Shown piece by piece: positions 1 to 9,100 of a stretch of DNA of 20,390 nucleotides (the stretch's first letter is position 1; every line of letters begins with the position of its first letter). The stretch comes from Macrostomum lignano (taxonomy: Eukaryota): the NCBI GenBank assembly GCA_002269645.1, contig NIVC01005223.1:1-20390 (forward strand), written 5' to 3'. The notes below the pieces were generated by a model. That model did not search any database. It was not told where the DNA came from and saw only the letters and a program-made list of their open reading frames with translations. A program made the position numbers and the translations under genes.

Positions 1-13
1 ACACACGGGATAG

Positions 14-136
14 GTGGTTTTGTTCTCACTGGAGATTGCGGAGACGAGAACAGCGCAGCGTTCCAGTGCTACCAGCGCATCAGCCAGGCCAGCTCCCGGG
101 ATCCTGATTCGAATTATGAAAAATCGTGTATTAGAC
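14..136 (+). CDS. HMCN1: Hemicentin exon 1 in window (end of VWA domain), with a compensated -1/+1 indel pair
   Basis: tag|GTG acceptor at 12-13, GAC|gtgagt donor at 137. [26 protein letters not shown] reads in frame 1 (19-96); [13 protein letters not shown] reads in frame 2 (98-136). The acceptor has a poor pyrimidine tract. Confidence 0.75.
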
Positions 137-3100
137 GTGAGTGAATCATTATTGTTTCTTCTGCTGGTATACGAATCCGGAACATTGATTTATTATACAC
201 TGTTAACGCTTTTTCAAAACACTTCTGTTTCGATGGAACTAGTTTAAACATAAAATCTAATTTTGACATTTTAAAAGCAAGTTGTTAAAACTTGAGTAGA
301 AAATGACGTAAAAGCTGTGCATTTATTATGATAGAAACTATAGAACAGAGAAGAGGAGAGAGGAGAGGAGAGGATAGGAGGAGAGAGGAGACGAGAGAGG
401 AGACGAGAGGGGAGAGGAGACGAGAGAAGAGGAGGAGAGAGGAGAGGAGATAGGAGAGGAGAGGAGAGGAGAGGAGAGAGGAGACGAGAGGAGAGGAGGA
501 GAGAGGAGAGGGAGGATAGCAGGAGAGGAGAGGAGAGAGGAGACGAGAGGAGAGAGGAGAGGAGAGGAGAGAGGAGACGAGAGGAGAGAGGAGAGGAGAG
601 GAGAGAGGAGACGAGAGGAGAGAGGAGACGAGAGGAGAGGAGAGGAGAGGAGAGGAGAGGAGAGGAGAGAGGAGACGAGAGGAGAGAGAGAGGAGAGGAG
701 AGGAGAGGAGGAGAGAGGAGAGGAGAGAGGAGACGAGAGGAGAGGAGGAGAGAGGAGAGGAGAGGAGAGGAGAGAAGAGGAGAGGAGAGGAGAGGAGAGG
801 AGAGGAGAGGAGAGAAGAGGAGAGGAGAGGAGAGGAGAGGAGAGGATAGGAGAGGAGAGGAGAGGAGAGGAGAGGAGAGGAGAGGAGAGGAGAGGAGAGG
901 AGAGGAGAGGAGAGGAGAGGAGAGGAGAGGAGAGGAGAGGAGAGGAGAGGAGAGGAAAAGGAGGAGAGAGGAGAGAGGAGAGGAGAGGAGAGAGGAGAGG
1001 AAAAGCAGGAGAGAGGAGAGAGGAGAGGAGAGGAGAGAGGAGACGAGAGGAGAGGAGGAGAGAGGAGAGGAGAGGATAGCAGGAGAGGAGAGGAGAGAGG
1101 AGACGAGAGGAGAGAGGAGAGGAGAGGAGAGAGGAGACGAGAGGAGAGAGGAGACGAGAGGAGAGAGGAGACGAGAGGAGAGGAGAGGAGAGGAGAGGAG
1201 AGGAGAGGAGAGAGGAGACGAGAGGAGAGGAGAGGAGAGGAGAGGAGAGGAAAGGAGAGGAGGAGAGAGGAGAGAGGAGAGGAGAGGAGAGAGGAGACGA
1301 GAGGAGAGAGGAGACGAGAGGAGAGAGGAGACGAGAGAGAGGAGAGGAGAGGAGAGGAGAGGAGAGGAGAGAGAGACGAGAGGAGAGGAGAGGAGAGGAA
1401 AGGAGAGGAGGAGAGAGGAGAGGAGAGGATAGCAGGAGAGGAGAGGAGAGAGGAGACGAGAGGAGAGAGGAGAGGAGAGGAGAGAGGAGACGAGAGGAGA
1501 GAGGAGACGAGAGGAGAGGAGAGGAGAGGAGAGGAGAGGAGAGGAGAGGAGAGGAGAGGAGAGAGGAGACGAGAGGAGAGGAGAGGAGAGGAGAGGAGAG
1601 GAGAGGAAAGGAGAGGAGGAGAGAGGGGAGGAGAGGAGAAGAGAGAAAAGAGACGAGAGAGGAGATTAGAGAGAAGGGAGCCTTGAGCGGGCCGGATTGC
1701 TATTGTGAAGTTTCGAAGTACCCGAGGGCCAAATAGATAGGCTTTCCGGGCCACATGTGGCTCACGGGCCGGAGGTTGCCAGTCCCTGCTCTAGAGAATG
1801 CATAGCGCTGAACAGACTTTTGCCATAGACAGATTCAATCGAGAAAAAATCTTATTTTTCCAGTGCCTTCAGCTCTTTTCTAAGAAACTATAATGAAATT
1901 AAACTGTCCATGTACTTTTAAAACTACCAAAAAATACGAAAGTATATATATTTACTTTTGAACTGCTAGCTAGTACGAGGACTGGTCAATGTTGATTCTG
2001 ATTGCGCTCTGCCGCAATAGAAGTCGTCAATGTTTGCTGATATAAATATCAGCGACGCCAGTTAGGTAGGTTCATTGGCTCCCTGCAGGTCAGCTGTTGG
2101 TATCCATATCGCGGGCGAAAGACCCCTGGTCTTCCGAAAGAAAACAATCCTTGTGATTAACGAGTACCTGATCTTGGCCAAGAGGCACTTACTGGCTTAA
2201 GGAAAATACTGGCTGAACCGCAGGAACAAATTTAGGGTCACTGAGGATAACAGGCTCTCTTTGCGGCTGCAAATATCTGGTCAAAAATTAACTACCTTTA
2301 GCATCTTTTGCACTCGGCAATTTTGTGTAGCTTCTGGTTTACTGGAGACATTGTTTTGCAAAAGGTAGAAGCCAAGGTTAAGGTCAAACTGAAGAGACTG
2401 TCACTTGATAACATCAGCGGATGGGTCACGCGCTGAAATCGACCAGATTAAAATATTGCATAATCAAAATTTACTACCTAAAGTTAAAACTTTACAACGC
2501 CTGCCACAAAATCTTTGCGTTAATTTTATTCAACTTATTTAACAACGATAAATCGCCGGTACGAAATGGCATAACGTCAAAACAGGGTTTTACCACACAC
2601 CATCCTAGTGTCTGTACTAGTGTCTGTCCAAGTGTCTGTCCTAGTGTCTGTCCTAGTGTCTGTCCTAGTGTCTGTCCTGGTGTCTGTCCTAGTGTCTGTC
2701 CTAGTGTCTGTCCTAGTGTCTGTCCTGGTGCCTGTCCTAGTGTCTGTCCTAGTGTCTGTCCTAGTGTCTATCCCGGTGTCTGTCCTAGTGTCTGTGCTAG
2801 TGTCTGTCCTTGTGTCTGTCCCAGTATCTTTCCTAGTGTCTGTGCTAGTGTCTGTCCTTGTGTCTGTCCCAGTGTCTGTCCCGGTGTCTGTCCTAGTGTC
2901 TGTGCTAGTGTCTGTCCTTGTGTCTGTCCCAGTGTCTGTCCCGGTGTCTGTCCTAGTGTCTGTCCTAGTGTCTGTCCTAGTGTCTATGCTAGTGTCTGTC
3001 CTTGTGTCTGTCCCATTGTCTGTCCTAAACACCATGGGCAGCTGAAGTAGTAGGTATTTAATGTAAATGTATGCCAACTACATCTAGAAAATATCATTTT

Positions 3101-6100
3101 CTAGAATAGACACATAAAAATCGACTCCATTGACTCTACTCTAGACTCTACTAGCCTAGATTATCCTAATTTTAATCTGGCTCGCAGATTATAATGTCAT
3201 CCGATTCCGCAGATCATGAACCTTGTTAAAGTGGCCCTCACTCCCGAGCGAGTGCACATACTGAGCGTTGACAAGGAGATACCAGACGAGAACAACATTT
3301 ACGACATACCAATCGACAGTTCAGTCAAGTACTTCACTGTGTCGGTCTCTGGTCGAGGCGTCAGAATCGAATCATTGCAAGACCCGTTTGGTAAGAAACA
3401 ACTGATTGACCCTGACAAGATGAACAAAGTAATTGTTGAAAAGTTACCATCTCTTGTTTGCGCTGTTACAGGTCGCCAAGTCAATTCCGCCTACAACGCA
3501 AGCCTACCAAATCTGGAAGTGAAAAAGTGTCAGCAACCCGATTCTGGGGCATTGGACTCTGAGAGTTACTCCGCCGAAAAGTAAGGAAAGTGTAAAATTA
3601 TGGAGTTAAATTTGTAGCATTAGGAAGGGTGCAGCCAGTGAGGAGAAAAGCAGTCACTTTGTTCTTTTAGAGGCAGGGAAACTGTGTGCACCCTGGCGCA
3701 CTTTAAGCGACATTGTCACACAACCGGCGAGAGGCATTGCTGCCCCCATTCCGCCAACTCCCCTGAGCAGGCACACAAGCGCGCGGATACGTACGCAGTC
3801 ACACGCACAGGCACACACTCACACAGGAGTGTACAGCGACCCTAACTGTATTTATCGTTAGGCATGTACACTTCACTGCGCCTTGTGGATTGCACGAGCA
3901 GAGCCAAGCGAGCCTGGCACAAAGACCATACACCGCCTGTTCCGTTGAAACTTGAGCACGCTCGATGGCACGAAACGCCTTCTAGGCCAATTCCCGTGCA
4001 GATCAGGGTGATTTATAAATTCCGTCTAGTCAGAGACAAAGGTAGAACTGTTCCAATAAGTAGTCTTATCAACTCCGCGCATCTCCGATCCCGTGGTTGC
4101 CACTTCAGCGGACAGCAATGGCAAAGCGAAGCACTCGATTCGAGTGACCGGCCGAAGCAAGCTGGACTTCAGTCACGCTTTTTCTACGAGTCTGGGCAAC
4201 GCGTACCCGGTGGAGATCGCGTCCAACTCCACTCGACCGTACTTAGGTGAGAGAGAATGAATGAAGACCGACAAATTCAGAATACCGTTGCTTTCTCTAA
4301 ACCAGGGGTCCTCAAACTCCGGCTCGAGGGCCACAGCTTTCTTCTCTCATCTCTCCTCTCTTCTATTCTCTCATCTCTCCTCGCTACTAAAATGATATTT
4401 TGAAACTCAGAAAAGCATTAATTACAGTAGCTAAAAGTTCAAACAATAGCACAAATTCAAAATCGTCTTATCGATACCAGACACTGTGCAGCCAGAAAAA
4501 GATTTGTGATCATTAGATACACACGAATTAGGGAAACCACTGTATATCAAACAACGAAATTTATTAATTACAATTTTGAAACAATCCGTTAAAGAATCTT
4601 GTATTTCAATAGGTCGTCATTCGATAGTCAATAAGACACACTATATGACAGTTAGTAGGGATGAAAATATATTGTAAGATTTTGACGCTTTTCCTAAAAT
4701 AAATAGAGTAAGAAACACGACGAAAATGGTCACGTGGTACTGTTGTTCAAAGTTACAAACTGCAGAAACATTTTCTAAACTTTGTCGGGTTTATTACGAG
4801 TAATTGCGCTCCAGGCGGAACTTGACCCAGTCGGCGCTCGTCTCGATCTCCTCCTCCACCTGAGCGTCGGTGAACAGCAGCAGGCGGCAGGCTCTCAGCT
4901 TGCTGTTGTACAGCACGTGTCTGCTCGTAGCCAATTTCATCGCCTCGAAAAAGCACTGAATCACGCTGTCAATTTCCGTCAGATCAGTGCAGCAGTACTC
5001 CGTACTCGGATTGTAGCTGGTGCGCTTGAACGGAGTTCGCTTCCAGACTGAGGAGGTGTTAGGATTAGAAAAAGGCGAAGTCGTCCCAACGTACTCGCAC
5101 ACGAACCCGCGCAGATCGGAGCACTGATAGTCGTGAAAGAGGTTTGCAAGAGATTTCGTCAAGCAGTCTTGATTGCCATTGTTATTGGGCATTCCCAAAT
5201 GCCACAGAAGGTCGTTGAGAGGCAGCACTCCGTTGTCGTTAACCAGCGGCCAGCCGGACCTCAGTGCGCCTCTCTCGTCAGCCAGATCGGAGACTCCTAA
5301 CCACAGCTTGCAGCTGCACATCTGGACGCTCAACATGGTGGGCAGCAGCTGCAACGAGTCGTGCAAGTTGATGAGCTCGCCTCCGATCGATGCGCACTGC
5401 CGATTGGCCTCGCACCAGGTGAAGCTCTGGGCTGCATTCACGAACACGCACTTGCCAGCCTCGAGGTTGAACGGGTTCGGGCAATCAGGGAGCACTGGTT
5501 CCAGTCTACAAAAAGGAAGAGAGCCAGAAGTCCGATTTTGAGCAACTGGTTGAGGTACATGTCAAGTCAAGCTGCAATGAACCGTGGTAAACTCCTCAAA
5601 TTTGTTCCGCATCGGCCCAGTAACTTCTTTTATAGAAGCCGAGCCGTTGTTTAAAAAACTGGTGCAACCGAGAACGGATTGAAAAATGAAATTTTGTGGC
5701 TTTGAAATTTGTGGCTTTCCGGCTTCCTGCTTAAACGTCGTTGAAGCAAAAAGTGTCGTAGGCGTAGCAACTGAGACTAAAAATCGAAACCATAGCGAGT
5801 GAAAGTCAAAAAACTGCACTGTTTTGTTCTTCTATAGAAAATGATTCCTAAAAATTGAATGCAAGTCATTATTCATTTTTTTGAGCTTGTTTTTGTTCCG
5901 GCAAAGCATCATCTGCAGGAAAGCATCGAATTGTAAACTTACTTCCGAAGTGTGCTATTCTAATAACTTCCTTGATGTATTCGTAAACACTTACGTTTCA
6001 ACGCATGGATTGCTTAAAACTATTGGAACGGAGTTTGATTTTATCGAGGCCGGCAAGAAGTTTGTTTCAAATATTACACTTTTCAATTATTATTTCAAAT

Positions 6101-9100
6101 ATTAAAATTTTTGGATTGCTTTTCTTCGAAGGAATTGCTTTCCTCTGTCCAAAAATTAGTCTACAAATTTGTCTTAAAGGGTAACTCTTGCAAATCAACA
6201 GGAATGAAAAAGTGAACGATTTATCTTTTTAATTTAAAAGATAGGCCTGCCAAACTCTCCACCACCACCACCAATTCCTAGGAATCCCATCGCACCTGTA
6301 CATCAATCAGACTCAATCGCTGGGCACGGTGCATTACGCTGCACTGACCACATTTGAAAAGTACAGCTTGATCACCGCTCGAGCCAGACAACTGTCCGAA
6401 AGCGGCAGCGTTTTCGTTACTGACCGTTTAGAGCCGCCTACGGCTTCTTCTATGTTGTTGTAAGTGCTCAAGGAGGTACGGATTAATGTTAATTTCGAAA
6501 GATTCTAGCCAAGCCCCTCGATGTCACGACGAGTGATGGCACTTTGCAACTCCTGGCTCTTTCACAAGTTATTGAATCACCAAAGATACGAACCCGCTGC
6601 CCAACTGTTGTGTCAAGTGAGAGGGTTTGACAGAGACGAACAAGAGACGGTGATTAATTTCTGTTTCGATTTCGTGGAGTCTATTCTTTAACAGAGTTAT
6701 GCAGTATAAAGTCTTGACTTCTTCTCAACTTACTTTCAAGTTCCTTAGTTACAGAATTAAATGAGTCATCTAAGTCGACACAATCGAAGAATATCGAGAC
6801 AATCAATGATGTTATTTAAGGGAAGATAAAGTTGAAGCTGCAAAACCGGCGGAAATATGACGACGAACCTTTAACTTGTAGCGCTGGTGGAAAAGAGGAT
6901 GTGAACTAAAGATTCAAACTGGACCCCGAAATATTCGGTACCGACTTTTGTACACCCATCTCTTCATTTGGAGCCAAATAGCTCCCGTTATGCCTAAAAC
7001 CGACCACTTTAGAATTTGAGGATCTCTATGGGGAGGATCGAGAAATGGGATAAATGGCGATTTCATGTGATCCGAAACCTTCCTGTGCTATTTGAGTTTA
7101 ATATAATTTCATTGTGTGTTTTTTCAGAACCCTCTACTATACAGCCATTTATGAAACATAATACTAAAGTACTAAAGCTTGACGTTATTTACATGAGAAT
7201 GATTCAGGACATGCACTTTTAGGATAGCATAAACATTATTAAGAAATAACATAATGGGGGTCACAACATGACATTACTATCGCTCCTATTCTTCATACAA
7301 ACATATAAAAAGAGCGTTTATCGTGGTCATCACGTCAGTTAAACATCTGAAGCTCCAAGTGAAGGGATTGGCGTAGAGAGATCGGGACGTGCAATGCTTC
7401 AGGCTCCATTTTGACTCTTTAGTTCACATCCTCTTTAATAGCCCGCGGTTTACTTGTTTTCAGCTGCAGTAGAAATAGAGATGCGACGCCCCACAGTGCC
7501 AAGCACAGTCCTCGGTTGTCCTGCACAAATTCAAATGGACACCTGGCCGCCTAAATTATCTTTTTCTCACACACACCTTGCCACTAACTAACAACACCAG
7601 GTGACCGGCAAGGATCTCGAAGGCAGGGACTATCAGCGCTACTCGCCCACAGCTGTGAAAGCTCTGGTCGCGCCGGCTCCTCGCGTCGAATGTCGCAGCT
7701 TGGACGTCCGGGTTCGTCGAGGCGACTGGACCAGCCTGCGCTGCGAGGTGTTCAGCACCAAGGACTACCTGACTACCTGGTATAAAGTGCTGGGCGAGAA
7801 TCGAAAACAGGTGCTACAATCGATCAGTAGTCCAGCTGGGCAAAGACTCCAAACTCTGACTTTGAAAGAGGCCGACGCCACAGTGGCTGGAGTTTACGAG
7901 CTGATGGCAACCACTGTCGACGGCCAGATGCATTCAGACCGCGTTCAGGTCACTGTGCTGCGTGAGTTACATTTTGTGTTAATTAACTATAGTGAAATTC
8001 GCCGGTACCCAATGTTTGAGCACTAACACGCGCATATCTATAAGTACTTATAAGCTTTTAGCCAACGGACCACTGGCAAGTGACCCCATTCCAGCTGATC
8101 CGCCTACCGTTCTGGTTGCACCGAACAATGTCAGCGTGGCAGCAAATACTGTAGCAAAGTTGCGGTGCCTAGTGGTTGCAGAGGCCTCAGCTATGACGTC
8201 ATTGGTTGTCGATTGGTCTCGGGCCGGCTCGAGATTCGATGTGGCTCGCCGCTGGTGAACTCTAGCCGGATCGCGGTGATTGAGTCTAGACAAGTCAGCG
8301 CTGTTGATAAAACTTTGATAATAAGGTAAGTACGAGCTATGAATGGGATAGCTTAAAAATTTGAACGCCCCAGCTCACACTGTCTCACGGCACCGATAGA
8401 ACATGTAATTACCTTTTGGTGATTCAGCTCTCCTAAGAGTTCAAATCACTTCTTAAAGCTCGAAAATTCAAATCGTCGAATTCAGTGAAGTATCGAGGTT
8501 GGGTAACGCCCTTAAGAGTTCTTCAAACAGTTAACAGTTAGTTATCAAGTTGCCGTGCAGGGACGTAGCCAGGGGCTGAGGATACGTCCTGAGGCTTTTA
8601 CTAAAATAAAAATTTTGTATGCTTGTGGCGCCTTCACACGTTAATGAATCACCAATGACGCATTATGCCAATAGAGTTAAGAAAAGCGAAAACCTTCTAT
8701 TTCACCAAGTTATTTTGGAGGTAGCGTCCTTCCACTTGTTTCGTTTATTACAGTAATGTGCTTCGAACACGTTATTATTGATAGATACGCCACTGAATCG
8801 GACTCGGGCGAGTACGTATGCCGAGCAGCTTACACTACTAGCGGATCGAGCTCAGGAATATCCGGCTTAAAGTCAACTTGGCTCATTGTCAGCAATATGC
8901 CGATCGTGTTGCGACTGTTGCCGGATGTTCGACGATTAAATTATCGACGAAACGACACTATCCGCATTGAATGCCAGGTGGAATCGGGACAGAGAGGTGT
9001 GCAGCTCAACTGGTGGCGCATGAGCACAGGCCAGCTGGTGTCCACCACTGGGATACTTCAAATTGCACGCGCCGAGCCTCAACACGCCGGAGTTTTCCAG

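Noticed and set aside
285-1754. 489-aa minus-strand ORF (poly L/S/P)
   Set aside because: Translation of the (CTCTC)n microsatellite; no domain content.
2040-2420. Higher-GC stretch that might be a transposon coding remnant
   Set aside because: Manual translation of the frames I checked on both strands gave no recognisable RT, transposase or endonuclease motif.
2421-3077. Overlapping ORFs with CPSV, TRTD or SVLV repeats resembling Cys-rich or antifreeze-like proteins
   Set aside because: All are frames of the same 12-bp intronic minisatellite; open frames are expected from a stop-free 12-mer.
3181-3212. Upstream alternative acceptor (ctcgcag at 3187) for exon 2
   Set aside because: It adds 25 nt, shifts the frame and reaches a stop at 3227-3229.
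3864-4250. 128-aa + strand ORF as a hemicentin exon or separate gene
   Set aside because: No recognisable motif in that frame; the hemicentin-like peptide is in frame 1 at 4116-4246.
8256-8258. In-frame TGA in exon 7 as selenocysteine or readthrough
   Set aside because: The Ig sequence continues in a different frame, and the original frame hits further stops; a 1-nt deletion explains it.
14-8325. Programmed ribosomal frameshifting or RNA editing as the explanation for the indels
   Set aside because: No X XXY YYZ slippery heptamers or evident stimulatory structures. The indels are of both signs, lie in short homopolymers, and affect genes on both strands, which fits sequencing error or decay better.
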